Below, one piece after another: positions 11,530 through 24,772 of a stretch of 64,000 nucleotides of DNA. Position numbers and translations under genes: made by a program. The first letter of the stretch is position 1; the number at the start of each line of letters is the position of its first letter. Origin of the DNA: Parasitella parasitica NRRL 2501 (lineage: Eukaryota > Fungi > Mucoromycota); the NCBI GenBank assembly GCA_025201805.1, contig MU619309.1, positions 62,001-126,000 on the forward strand, read 5' to 3'. Under the pieces are notes generated by a model. It was not told the origin of the DNA. It made no database searches and saw nothing but the letters and a program-made list of their open reading frames with translations.

Positions 11530-14500
11530 ATGGATAACGCTGTATTTGAGGCCCTTTTAGGTGTCGCAGATAGCGATGGTACTATTCGTGTAGCTGCCGA
11601 GAACAAACTCAAAGAGCTGGCAGTTCAACCTGGTAAGATGTCTTTGTCTGTTAATGCATATCATTCAACTGACACCCCTTAAACAAACACATTACGGTTC
11701 AGAATTCCCCATCAGTCTTGCAAAGCTTACTGTCTCTCAACAACATATGATTTCTCAACGTCAAATATCCTTTTTTTTTTTTTTTTTTTAATACTTGAAA
11801 TGCGACTAACTGCTATACTGATCTGTATTTCCTTAACCGATACTTGTTTACTTGGCAGCAGTTACTCTCAAATCATTTGTCACAACCCATTGGTCCAGCA
11901 AAAACGACGATAAATTTATCGGCCCTGAAGCTTCTCCAGAGGTAAATCAAGCAAAAAGCAGGGAATGATTGTCAGGGTTTATGAAACTTACCGCTCAGCG
12001 CAGAGCAAATCTGCAGTCCGTGAAATCATCATTACAGGTCTCACAGATCCAGAATCCAAAATCAGAATTGTAAGTGCGTATGTTGTCTCCAAGATTGCTC
12101 ATGATGATTTCCCTGAAGATTGGCCCAATTTGTTTGACATTTTGCTGAGCTATCTTATGGCTGATAACAGCGACAGTGTTCACGGAGCCATGCATGTATT
12201 GTTAGAGATGGTCAAGAACGACATCAGCATCCAGCAACTCCCCCAAATCGGTCCTGTATTGATCCCCGAAATGTATCGCATCCTGACATCTGACAACGTC
12301 TATTCTTTCAGCACTCGTGGAAGAGCTGTCAACATTTTCACCAGCTGCGTAAAGATGATATCCACGCTGCGCGAAGAGAATCCTAATTTGGCCGATAAAT
12401 TCATCGCTCCCATCATTCCTCAATGGATTGAGGCTTTTATACACGTCTTGAAGCACCATGTGGAAGGCGACGCTGAAAAGGCTACTGAAGAGTACGGGCT
12501 CAAGATGAAGGTTGTGAAATGCATCTGCACTATCTCGGTGGAATTCCCCAAGTACGTTTCAGCTAATTTACCTCAAATTTTTGAACCTATTTGGATGGAT
12601 CTGTACAACTTGCGCGAGCGGTACGCTCAGGAGTTTGTCAGTGAGGATGGAGATATTGGAGAAACATATCAAGATTCTGACGGAAATGAGGTTGGCTTCC
12701 AAAACCTGTTGTATGTGCTTTTTGAATTTGTTGGTACTGCATGCACCAAGAAGACCGTGAGGGACTTGTTCGTCAATGCTGAGCACGCTGCCACTGGTTT
12801 CTTTGAACAGCTCTTGTACGTCCTGATCATTTATATGCAGATCACGCATGAGCAGATTGAGGCATGGTCCTCAGACGCCAATCAGTTTGTTGCTGACGAG
12901 GAAGATGGCACATTTACGTTCAATTCCCGTGTGGCTTCCATCGACGTGCTCATAAACTTGCAAGATGCTTTTCCTGCTCCTTTCTTCAACGCTCTATCTG
13001 CTGCCACTCAGCGTCATATCACTGAATCAAAGCAGGCCCACCAAGCTGGCAGCAATGATTGGTGGAAGATCCAGGAAGCCTGTTTGCTGTCCATAGGTCG
13101 TCTCTCTGTAGAGTTGACGGAAGCACTGAGCGACGAATCCAAAAGTGTCCAGTTTGACCTCAAGAGTCTGTTTGACCATGTTGTCTTGGAGGATATGCAG
13201 GCGGCTGATTTACCTTTCTTGCAGGGCCGCGCCTTTGTATTTGCATCAGAATTTGCCAAAATCCTACCCAGCGACATGGCCAGCCAGTACGTATCTGTTG
13301 CAGTTCAGGCACTTCAGTCACCTGTGAGTGGCATTCCTGTCAAGATATCTGCTCTAAGAGCTTTGGACAACTACTGTAAATACTTGAATGCCGAGTTTGT
13401 GACACCCTATCAGGTCAATATCATGGTGGGCACCTGTCAACTCATGTCTTCTGCGACAGAAGAATCATTGATGCTGTTGTTGGATACTTTGGCTTCCGCA
13501 ATCAAGATCAATCAAGAAGTAACTGCCAAATACGAACACATCCTCACACCGGCCATCCTGCAAATCTGGCAAAATTATGCGGACGACTCGATTATAACTA
13601 GCTATATCCTCGATTTGTTTGAAGAGTTTGCAAAGAATGAATTCTACTACAGTTCTCTTTGCACTAAGGCGCTTCCTTTTATTAGTCAAGTATTGTCTAC
13701 CCCTGATACTGATCCTGTCGTGTTGGCGGTAAGTTTGAATTGTCTTTCCCCCCCCCCCTTCTCCACCCTCCCCCCTCCCCACCCCATACCAGTTCAACCA
13801 GTTACTCATTCTCTCTGCGTAGTCTGCCATTGATTTGTTAACTGCTATGATCTCTTTCAGCCCTTCTCCTCTTCCTGATGAATTTACCGAGCAAATGTTC
13901 CCCAGTTTAATGCAACTTGCTTGGAATGTGCCGGTCATTGATTTGCTCCAGAGCGCTCAAGAATGCTTGAAACAGTTTATCAGCAAAGACGTGGACCATA
14001 TTATGAGATGGCATGACCAGCAGGGCAAGACTGGTTTAGATTATGTTATCCACTTTATTGCAAAGTTGCTGGAGCCCACTGGCACTGATTCTGACGCTCT
14101 CTTTGTTGGTGATCTGATCATTACTCTTATCCAAAAAGCCGGCAGCGGGATTGCACCCGTCCTGCCCAACTTGTTAACTGCAGTGCTCAGCCGCTTGCTA
14201 AATACTAGCCACCAGCCTTTCATCCAATCTCTTGTCATGGTTTTTGCTCATTTGGTCATTTCTCAGCAAGATACCGTTTTCCAGTTCCTCTGCGACACTA
14301 ACATCAATGGCAAGAGTGGTTTGGAAATCCTTATGACTACATGGTGCGAGAATTATGACAGTTTCTCGGGCTATTACACTATCAAAGTCAGGTAAGTTGC
14401 TGTTGAATGATTCTTTGCGTGCAACACCAACACGCTCTCCAATCTAGCACGATTGCGCTGTCAAAGATCTTCCTCCTCTCCAGTGATCCACGACTCCAGA

Positions 14501-15131
14501 CCATTACAGTCAATGGCGAGATTGTTGTTAACCCTAATGCTGGCATTGTGACACGTTCGAGATCAAAGAGAAGTCAGTTTCCAGTGATTTGTTTTGTTGG
14601 TTCTATCAGTCAACTAATATGCTCAATTAGATCCTGATCAGTACACCACCATCTCTTTGCCAGCCAAAATAATCAAGCTTTTGGTTTCTGATGCTACTAA
14701 TGCTTACATCAGCGAGCAAGCTCCTGCAGAAGACGCCGAATCTGTTGAAGATGAAGTGAGTTGTGCTGGCAAGGACGCAAAACCAGCAACTAACAGTATA
14801 CTAGGGAGGTGATTGGGAAGATGTGGATGATGGGCCGTTTGCTTCTCACAATGACATAAACCTTTTATCTGGTAAATATAAGTCCCTTGATCCTCAAGCA
14901 AGCCGCTAACAGTATTCTGCGATAGAAATGTTGGGCAACATTGAAGACAATGACGACGAAGAAAACAGCCCAGACCTGAAGAATGACCCCATTTACCAGA
15001 CTGACATCAAGGCTTATTTATCAGACTTTTTCCGTAACTGTCAAGCACACAATGTCAACAACTTCCACGAGATATGCCAAACACAACTAAACCAAGAAGA
15101 AAAGTTGACATTAGATTATGTGCTTCGCTAA
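11530..15131 (+). CDS. IPO9: importin-9 / Kap114
   Basis: Nine exons (11530-11632, 11703-11764, 11852-11941, 12004-13728, 13823-14391, 14448-14572, 14631-14755, 14805-14871, 14926-15131) give 1023 aa; RQLAAVTLKSFV..HW, IAHDDFPEDWP, WSSDANQFVADE, VTRSRSK..PDQY. Confidence 0.95.
11765..11851 (+). other. U12-type (minor spliceosome) AT-AC intron
   Basis: 5' ATATCCTTT, branch TTTCCTTAAC (11828-11837), 3' AC at 11850-11851; removal joins ...SQRQ|LAAVTLK in frame. Confidence 0.95.
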
Positions 15132-15602
15132 CAACCACAATAAACAAGGCATTATCCCGCGCGGATCTCGAGCGTGGAACATTTTAATACATTCTTTTTC
15201 TTTCCTTCTTTACTGCACTTTACAGCCATGTTTTCTTATGATGATATGTATGTCAAAATCATCAGCAGATGTTTGTCTTTGCTATTATCATTTGCATCAT
15301 TTGTGCCTGACTATAAGAATTTTGTTGAAAGGCTAATTCAGGGATTGATGGTTGTCATGGCAGCGTGTTTTATTTTGATATTTATAGTCACTTTTTTTTT
15401 TTTTTTTNNNNNNNNNNNNNNNNNNNNNNNNNNNNNNNNNNNNNNNNNNNNNNNNNNNNNNNNNNNNNNNNNNNNNNATTAACTCTTGTAGCCTTTGTTC
15501 CAAAGCGATCTCCTTCCTCTCATTCTAGTGTATTTATCTAATCATAATATATATCCACAAGGAAGGATCGATATTCAATGAGGTATTAAAGAGAATGATG
15601 AC

Positions 15603-18600
15603 ATGAATACAGAGAGGAATAAACGCGTTAATAATGTAAAAAAAAATAGCAACCCACATCCTGATCGCCCAATTGCTCAACCTAGACGTCGTTTAAACAG
15701 AACAACTTCAACCAATTCAGTTGGGAGCGCTGGCAGTGCTACTGGCAGCACGAGCCCAATGACTCATTTTGGACTGGGAAGCCCTTCGTCCACAGGAACA
15801 GCAGCCAAACCTCCGGTGCAGCCAGCATTTGGAGGTTTTGGTACTGCCGCTACTTCGACCGTGGGGTTCAATACTCAACCTAGCCATGGCACAGGATTTC
15901 AATCAGGCTTTGGCAGCCCCATGACAAATCCCCCTGCAACTTCAGCGACCACCTCTTCTATAGGATTCGGTGGATTTGGTGGATTTGGAAGCCCATCGGC
16001 ACCTACACCAGCAGGCAATCAGCCATTTGGGGGATTTGCGACTCAAAGCAATATGAGTGCATTTGGAAGTGCAGATAAACCACCTACTTCTAGCAGCACT
16101 GCTGGAGGATTCCAGTCAGGATTTGGAAACACTTCTGGAAACTTGTTTGGTGGTTTTGGTTAGTATATTTTCACAGGAACGTCAGAATGCAGTCCATTCA
16201 ACCGCCACATGTGTAGGAAAACCATCGCAAGCACCCAAGAACGATGATGACAATATGGATGCGGATGAACAGCCCTCTGCAGCGCCTATCTTTGGCGGCT
16301 TTGGAGCTAGCAAACCTCAGACCTCAACGCCTGTGTCTGCTCCTACCTTTTCCTTTGCCTCTACCGAGCAAAAGCAATCACCATCCCCATTTGCAGGATT
16401 CTCGTTTGGTAAACCAGCAACGACTAGTGCCTCTACAACCAATCCTCCAGCGTCAACAGCAACAACAGCAACAACAGCAACAACAGCAACAACAGCAACA
16501 ACAGCAATAACAGCAGCAACAACAACAACAACATCATCATCACCTTTTGGTGGATTCAATCAAACCGGTTCCAGCGACACCAAAGATACGCAGAAATCTG
16601 CAGAAGCAAATAAGCCATTCAGTGGATTTAGTTTTGGGACACCCAATACCAGCACATCGACCATCTCATTTGGCACTACGAAAGCAACCGAAGACAAGCC
16701 TAGTATTGCCCCGTCACCGTTTGCATCATTTGGAATGCCACCCAAAACCACATCTCTGACTGCTGCCTCTACCGCTGCGAGCACATCTACCATTTCGTTT
16801 GGCACCACCAAAGCCATCAATGACAAACCATCACCATTTGCTTCATTCGGTGCTCCGTCCAAAACCACCCCATCACCATTCACTTCATTCGGTGCCCCAT
16901 CACAAGTCGCAGCTTTGCCATTTACCGGCTTTGGCCAATCTGCTCCCTCTGCCAAGATTACCGAGATTCACTCCCCTGAAAGTAACAAAGGAGAGGACAA
17001 AGAAGAGCAAACTGGCATTAATGAACCGTCTGCATCTGAAAGCCTCAAGTCAGCCAGTGAAAGTGCCGCCCCACCACCAGCATTTTCGCTGAATACTCCC
17101 TCTGTCAAGCCTGCTGAGGAAGCATCTGCGAAAGATGATAAAAAAGTAACAGCAACTTCCGCCGCAAACGATACCTCAGACAATGAAACTGCCTCTTCTT
17201 TGTCTGACCAACAGCGCAAAATCAGCTCAACATCTACAGCCTCTGACACCAGCACTCAGGTAGTAGCAGTAGCATCTCCTGCCCCTTTTGCCTCTCTCGC
17301 TGCAAAAAAATCCGACGAGCCTTCAGAGCCAAACAAACCCGCATTTACTTTTGGTTCGTCTAGTAAAAATGCAACAGACGGATTTTCTATCGCAAAGCCA
17401 TCAGACCCTCCTGCAGCTGCATCTTTATTCTCTGATAAATCTGACAAGAAATCTGAAGGCACAGTATCAGACAGCGCAAGCACCAAAAGTGATAAAACGC
17501 CCGTGTTTTCATTTGGAAACCTCCCAGCAGCAACGTCTTTAGCTGATAAGCCTACTTCCTCTCCCTTCTCGTTCTCATTCAACAAACCATCCAGCAGTGA
17601 TACAGCTGCTGCAACCCCCAAGCCTTTTGCGTTTGGAATGAATACAGCCACAACAGCAACCGACAAGCCCGAAGCGTCGCAACCTTTCACGTTTAATGCG
17701 CCTGCATCTACAACTGTTGACAAGCCCTCTCCATTCAAATTCTCTGGGTCCACTAGCAGCTCTGGGGACAAGCCTGCAAGCTTCTCATTCAATGCCCCTG
17801 CCGTCGCCACTGCCAGCAGTAGTACTGGTTTTGGCAAAAAGAGAGATAGAGACGTAGATACAGACGATAGCAGCAACGAGCAACAATTGCACAAAAAGAG
17901 CAACACATCAAGCTTTGGTGCGCCCAAATCAACTTCTACACCTCCATTCTCATTCAATACTCCAGCCAAGGACTCTAGTTCTTCTTCCGTTACATTTGGC
18001 GCGACACCTAGCAAATCAGACAATAGCACCAAGGAATCCACCGCTGCTCCCACTTTTACATTTGGCAAATCGCCTGAAAAGGGAGACTTTCAAACGTTTA
18101 CATTTGGCTCGCCTGCAAATGCTGGTGGCGCTGAAAAGAAAGACTCCTCTGCAGCGGCATCTACCACACCAAAGAAAACCTTTACTTTTGGTGCGCCTCC
18201 ATTGACAACAGATTCAGCAACCACTGAAGACAAAGGAAAGGCTAAGGCTACCGCTGTTGACAGTAATAAGCCTGCTCTCTCATCTGGTCCTGCTACCACC
18301 GCCCCATCTTTGACACCTTCTTTCGGTGACAAGTCAGGTGCTGGCAAAGGCGACAGTGCCGCTGCTATTTCCAAGGCAGACAGCAGCACGCTGATCCACG
18401 GCAAATCTCCTTTATCCAAATCAATCTCACCAAAGACAGGCGAAGCTTCTTCAAATGAGGAAGCGAGCGACGAGAGCAAAGCATCCGCAAATGCTACCAA
18501 GAAAGTCAGCTTTAATCTCCCAGAAACCTCTTCTTCCTTTAGTTTGCAATCTGCGGCTTCGGGATCATCAGAGCCTGCATCTGTGTCTCTTGCTTTCAGC

Positions 18601-19441
18601 AAAGTCAAGAGCACAGAGGATCCAAATGCACCTGCAACATTGAGCATTCTTCCAAGCGCCAAAAAGGATACTTCCAGGTAAAAGTGACATCCACACAATT
18701 GGAAACAGCACAACTGACCTTTTTTTTTTTTTTTCGCTTTATATGTTAGCTCTGGCATAAGCTTACAAACGACACTAAAGTCTAGTATTACTGAGATGAA
18801 CCAAATCACATACAAGACACGCTTCTGGGAGCTTCCGGATGAAGCTAGAAATGAACTAGCCTTGCTCGCCCACTTTATCACAGAACAGACAGACAAAAAG
18901 GATAAAATTGATCGGGAGATTGGCTCTTATTTTGGCTCCGCTTTAAAGGAAACGCATGCTAACACCATGGCACTGAATGATGTACGTTTTTTTTTTTAAT
19001 TTGACCCCTGTGTGAAGGGTTCCTATCTAACTTTTTTTTCGACAGGATGCTGTTATTTTAGGCGAATGTTTAGAGGTTCAAAGCAAATCCATTGATGATC
19101 TCATTCTTTTGAACAAGACGCAGCGTTTGAATGCTGCTTCGGCAAGCAATATCCAGCAACAAGACTCCAAGAACTGGCGTATTCGTGGTGCTACCGAGAA
19201 CTGGAACTTCTTTAACGATGCCATCTCAAACATGGAAGAAAGAATTGGCCAGTTATCCGATTCAGTGGCTTTTGTGGAAGAGGCCGTCCACGGTTTACAG
19301 GCGCCCACGCAATTCTCGCCCCAATATGTCGGTGCAATGCTGGACGAACAACGTAAAATGTACATGTCATTGGCTGGACGTGTCGCCGACATTCACCAAG
19401 AGGCGGATCGCGTTGTGAAAAGACGTAAATTGACTAAATAA
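15603..19441 (+). CDS. FG-repeat nucleoporin with Nup49/Nup58-type C-terminal coiled coil
   Basis: Exons 15603-16158, 16217-18677, 18750-18981, 19046-19441 give 1214 aa; many FG/FxFG repeats; C-terminal TRFWELP and YMSLAGRVADIH motifs. Confidence 0.8.
16456..16532 (+). repeat. (ACAGCAACA)n coding repeat (Thr-Ala-Thr)
   Basis: 9-nt tandem unit inside the nucleoporin exon. Confidence 0.9.
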
Positions 19442-19489
19442 GATGGCTTTATATAATTATACACACTCTCTCACAAAATACTCGCTCAA

Positions 19490-19523
<34 letters not shown>

Positions 19524-20295
19524 TAAACACATTTTTTCAAATAATAAATTGTACATTATTATCATAAATTCCTGGTATGAAGGCCGGCTTTTTCAGAGAA
19601 AAAGAAGACGGTGGCTCATTTTTAAAAGCAGAAGCACCATCTCTTCCAACATAATAAACAAAAACGGCATCCATGTGCCTGAGAAAATGCGCTTTTTTAA
19701 AGTTCAAGTTGGGGCTTGGTATGCGCTTGCAACTTTGATGCCTTGCTTCTATAATGCCAGTTCCTCTATTCAGGGAGAAAGGAATGCATTTGCTGAATCT
19801 CGAACCTCGAACGAATTATCAATAATATGACGAGAATAGAAAGCGTAAAATCAAGGTTCATAGCCCGCGATCTCTGCTACTCCTCTTTTTTGTAATTAAA
19901 AAGTATAAGGAAAGCTGCTACTTGGTCTTTACTACAGTACTTTCTGATATACTTGAGTAGATTTCGCCGCAGGTCTCTTTATACAAGTATGCTGAGTAGT
20001 CTTGTTAAACTCAAAGGCCCGGCATGTAAAATTTTCTTCAAAAAAAAAAGTTGCAGAGTGTATCGTTCAAAGAAACTAAAAGAAGGTTTCGGAATTACCG
20101 AGAATAATATGGTATTTTTAGATTCTTGCTCATGTGTACGGATACAGTATATGTGGGCTTTTTGTTGCACAGCAACCATACAACGCGACGATTAAGTAGT
20201 ATACTCCCCTCACAATAGTGAATTAACGTAGAAGTTGTTACATTTGATTTATTTCATTTAAAAAAAATAGTGGAGCAAATGCACTGAAATGTCGT

Positions 20296-20920
20296 TTACT
20301 GAATGAAATTATTAGCACACATACTGCACATGTCGAAACAAAGGTTTACTTACATATCTAACAGAAATCAAATAGTCACCCAACCCTTGAACAGTTTTAT
20401 TACAATCACCGGCTTGCATATTTTCGCCGTACATGCCAATCAACAAAGCTTGCGTGGTCTTGACGATACACGCGCCAGTATTGTCCTAAATCAAACGAGA
20501 GAAAAAAATCAGACGCAGAGGCTCCTACAGAGTTTTTTTCGTCTATCATACCTTGATGATTCAAGTAAACAAGAAAGAAGTTAGCTTGAAAGGTTCTTGC
20601 AGAATTCTCGTAACTAACCTTTTTGCAGTAAATATAATTATCTTCACATTTTAAAGTAAAGTACTTGTTACTATTAATATAAACACCATTGGCTTGCACT
20701 GAGTCGAGATTGCTGAAGCCCTCAATAATCTTTTTAACCTCTTCGTTGCTCACCTATGCACTACATGCGTAAGTTTCAAGAGTGATGTCTATTAAATGGT
20801 ATCTTTTACCTTAAACCCGGGAGAGGTAGCCCATGGATTTCCATCTAAACCGTAGATTCCTGCTTGCGAAACCTTACCACTACCAACGAGATTTGTATCT
20901 ATATAGGCTTGCCAAGACAT
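20296..20920 (-). CDS. PFY1: profilin
   Basis: Exons 20920-20810, 20753-20619, 20485-20354, 20298-20296 give 126 aa MSWQAYIDTNLVGSG...WATSPGF...VKTTQA...LGDYLISVRY. Confidence 0.95.
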
Positions 20921-21143
20921 AATTTGTATTTTTTTTTATAAAACTGACTAAGAAGAAAAAGAAACGCACAAAAATCTTAACGATACTGGGCGCGTAATAT
21001 AATCAAAAATTTAAACAAGAGGGTAGCACTAGGGGCTGTAATGTATCACGTGATTTAAACAACATATGATGATGATTGAATATGGTAGTAGCACACTTGA
21101 ATATTGTTTAAGCATTTGGCTTTATTTTGTCTATGAGCGTTGC

Positions 21144-24100
21144 TTAGCGACCACGGCCACGACCCTGGCCCCGGCCTCCACCACGGCCACCTCTTCCTCT
21201 GCCGCCACGGCCAGATGATGAAGGTCTATTTGATTTCTCTCTTCTCTTTTCAAGAGCCACTCGGTCCTTACGAATCTGACTAGCATTCTTCAATTCACTC
21301 TTGGTACTACTAAAATTACCTACACGCTTCTTGCCTATACCGCCCTGTTCAGCAGAACCATCCGCTTCATTCATTTTTCTCTTCTTCATCTTCTTTTCAT
21401 AGTCAAATGCAAGCGGATCAACACGTTTTGCTTCTTCTGATTTGTTGTGGCGGAAGCGCTTTTGCCCCATGTTTCCTGCACCTGCCAACTCACGCTCACC
21501 AGCACGAGGCAACGTAATGTGTTTCTTTTTAGCCCATTCATCAAATCGACCACTCTTGTATGTGGCAGAAATCAACGCGCCGCTTTCCGTACGAATTAAC
21601 TTTTTGTTATCAGAACCAATACCAGTGCCCTTGATGAATTTCCTCTTTTTGGAATCCCACCGAAGCATATTCTGGCTCTTTTTGATAGCATCGTTGTCAT
21701 CACCTGTCAGATCAAGCTGAGCTTTGCTAGCTTGTTCCATGAAACTGCCTTCGTTGGCCATTGAATAACCGCGTTCTGTATTAGCATCCTTTTGAGTGTA
21801 CGATATGTAGAATTCTTCATCACGAAAGTTGGTCTTTTTCATTTTGTCTGCAAAAATGGCATTAGATTTCGCACGTAAAAAAAAAATTGCAAACCATCCT
21901 ACAATTACCTTCTTTTGACTCTGGTATAATAAACGTCTGTGCCAGCTCTTCTTCTTCCACATTGCCGCCTAACTTTTCAACTACTTTGTTTTCATCACGA
22001 ATATCAAGCGGTTTGTCTATTACGACAGACTCGGCTTCCTTTTTAGATTTATGCGCAATGATAATATTGTCAACAACTTGACGACGTCCGCGCATCATGA
22101 CAGTAGCAGGAGTCAATTTCCTTGTGCCACGAATACCAAACTCAAAGATGGTTTCCGCAGGTCTGAATCCACTGATGGCGTTGATCATATTAGCGCGCAC
22201 AATTTCAGCAGCGCTCTGATTTTCGTCATTGAGCAAAAGAGGATGCAGGTTGCTGAAAGCCTTCTTCTTTATGGTTACTTTGGCACGGCTGTAGCTCTCT
22301 GCTGCAGCGCGCGGTTTGGTACGATTGTATAGTTTGTATGCATTCATTGCGGTTCTGTAGATGCCTTCTAATGCAGCGTCCTTTGCGATCTTGTCATGCA
22401 CCCAAGCATTGTCGTCAATCAACGAATCCTTGGGCATGGTGCCCAACACCAATTCGGACGTGTAGTCATATTCTTCTTTTTCACCTCCGAGCACAAGAGG
22501 GCGAGTAAGGAAAAGCTGCAGATCCACCAGGTAAGGAAGTTCATCAGCAGATACAAATGAATACGCCCAGCCACGACGACCAGCACGGGCAGCACGGCCG
22601 ACACGATGAACAAATACCTTGGAAGAGCCAGAGAAATCATAGTTGATGACATTTTCCAAAATTGGGATGTCAATACCACGAGCAGCAACATCAGTTACGA
22701 CGAGTATGTTGGTGACACCATTTCTGAATCGATTAATCTGGATACTACGGGCAGTTTGGTCAAGGGAGCCGTAGACATAAGATACTTGATATCCAGCAAT
22801 TTCTAGCAGCGTCGCTAAATACTCTACATGATGTTTTGTAGCCGCAAACAGAATGGTTTGATGGTCTGCTTCTGTGCCAGATTTTTCCTTTTGGCCAGCT
22901 TTTCTCTTTTTGTACTTTTTGATGTCTGTTTGGTCTTCGTTTTGTGTGTGTTTCGGTAGTTTGATCACATTCTTCAGCAAATAGAGCAAGGCGCCTTCCT
23001 TTTCATTGTCCTTTACAGAGAAAAAGGCCATCTCAAGATCACGAGAAATCTTTGTATCCACATCTAAACGGACCAGCGTTGGTTCTTGCAAGCCAGCCTT
23101 TGCAAAGTCAACAAGCATTTTGGGCAAAGTGGCAGAGAACAGCAAAGTTTGGCGACTTGGGGGTAAGCGGGACAGAATTTCGTGCAATTGAACGGCAAAC
23201 CCCATTTCAAAGAGACGATCAGCTTCATCGAAAACGACGTATTCGATCGTACGGAGATCCAGGTTCATTTCGACAGCCAAGTGCAACAGACGGCCAGGTG
23301 TGGCAATTAAAATGTCAGGGTTGGACGCAATCATTTCGAACTGTTCGTCCAAACTGTCGCCACCAACAATGCATCCACTTCGAAGGTCAGTGTATTTCAT
23401 CAGCTCCTTGCAAACCTTTTGTGTCTGGAGCGCCAATTCACGCGAGGGCGACAACACCAACCCACGGGCGCCGGTTTTCGCTGAATGGGCCTTGAGTTTT
23501 TCCAGCATTGGGATCAGAAACGCAGCAGTCTTACCAGAACCTGTACGAGCCATACCAACAACATCGTTTCCCTGGAGGATAAGAGGGATACACTTGCGCT
23601 GAACTGGTGTTGGCACTTTGAAGCCTTTGTGGATGATGGCTTTAAAGACCGAATTGCTCAGGCCCATTGACTGGAAACCACCAGACTTCTTGTTTTTGCG
23701 ATTTGCTGCCAACGTTTCGGAAGCAATGAATTTTTCATCCTGATCTTCTTCGTCGCTGTCGTTCATTGTAATCGGTTTCTGCTTCTTGACTGACGCAGCA
23801 GGCGCAGCCACTGCAACTGCAGCGGGTTTCTTGGCTTTGAACTTGCCAAACATGTCCAACTCGAGATCGGAATCGCTGTCGTCCTCCTCAGCGTTATTAT
23901 TCTCTGGGCGATCGCTTTGATCGCTATCACTGTCCATGATACTCTTTGTATTCGTTGGTACAATTTCAAAATCAGAGTCGTCATCGTCTTGTTCAGTTTT
24001 CTTCTTCTTGTCCTTGTTGTATTTCTTTCGTTGGAATTCTTGCTTCTTCAATTTGGACTTCGAAAGTACCTTCTCGGGTGCTTTTTCTTCTTCTTTTTCT

Positions 24101-24198
24101 TTAGATGGAACCTTTTTTGAAAACTTTCCAGCAGCCTTTTTGCCCAACAGAGGCTTCTTGGACACAGACCTCTTGGACACAGACTTTTTAGCAACCAT
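21144..24198 (-). CDS. DBP10: DEAD-box RNA helicase Dbp10/DDX54
   Basis: [33 protein letters not shown]; C-terminal WDSKKRKF and RGG tail; one intron 21908-21848. Confidence 0.97.
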
Positions 24199-24772
24199 AT
24201 TCGAAAGCAAAAAACTACAAAAGATTTTTAATAAAAAAGCAATCCTTCAAAATAATACAGTGCATGTGGCTTATGGGGAAATAATGCAAAGGATATATGT
24301 AAAGCCAGCCACGGGTTGTCAAATTCAATCCTAAATCTAAAGAGACACAGAAACTTTTGATTGCATGATGTGTAAACGAAAAGATGTAATGAGCTTGGTT
24401 CGTACTGTAGACTACAGATTCATGAAATAGATGGTACTTTTTGCAAACTGAGCAAAGAACAATAAATAAACAAGCTGTTGTTATCAGCATTTATGTTTTG
24501 AAATCGCAGCATTATGGGCTACATGAAATCGAGAAAATATCTCTCCCAAAATATAGGTAATCAAATATTATACAAAACATTATCAGCAAGTAGTATAAAA
24601 AGCGGTAATCTATGAATTATTTCTCTCTAATAAGCGTATTTTGATACAGATAGAATTATCGGAAAAGGTGGTTTATCATGGCCAGAATTTAAATTGGCAT
24701 ATTATTATAGAGTAAAAAAAAAAAAAAAAAAAGGTAGATTAAAATCAAGCTATATACATTTTTATGGTTAAA

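Noticed and set aside
16244-16510. PolyQ ORF
   Set aside because: Alternative frame of the Thr-Ala-Thr repeat in the nucleoporin
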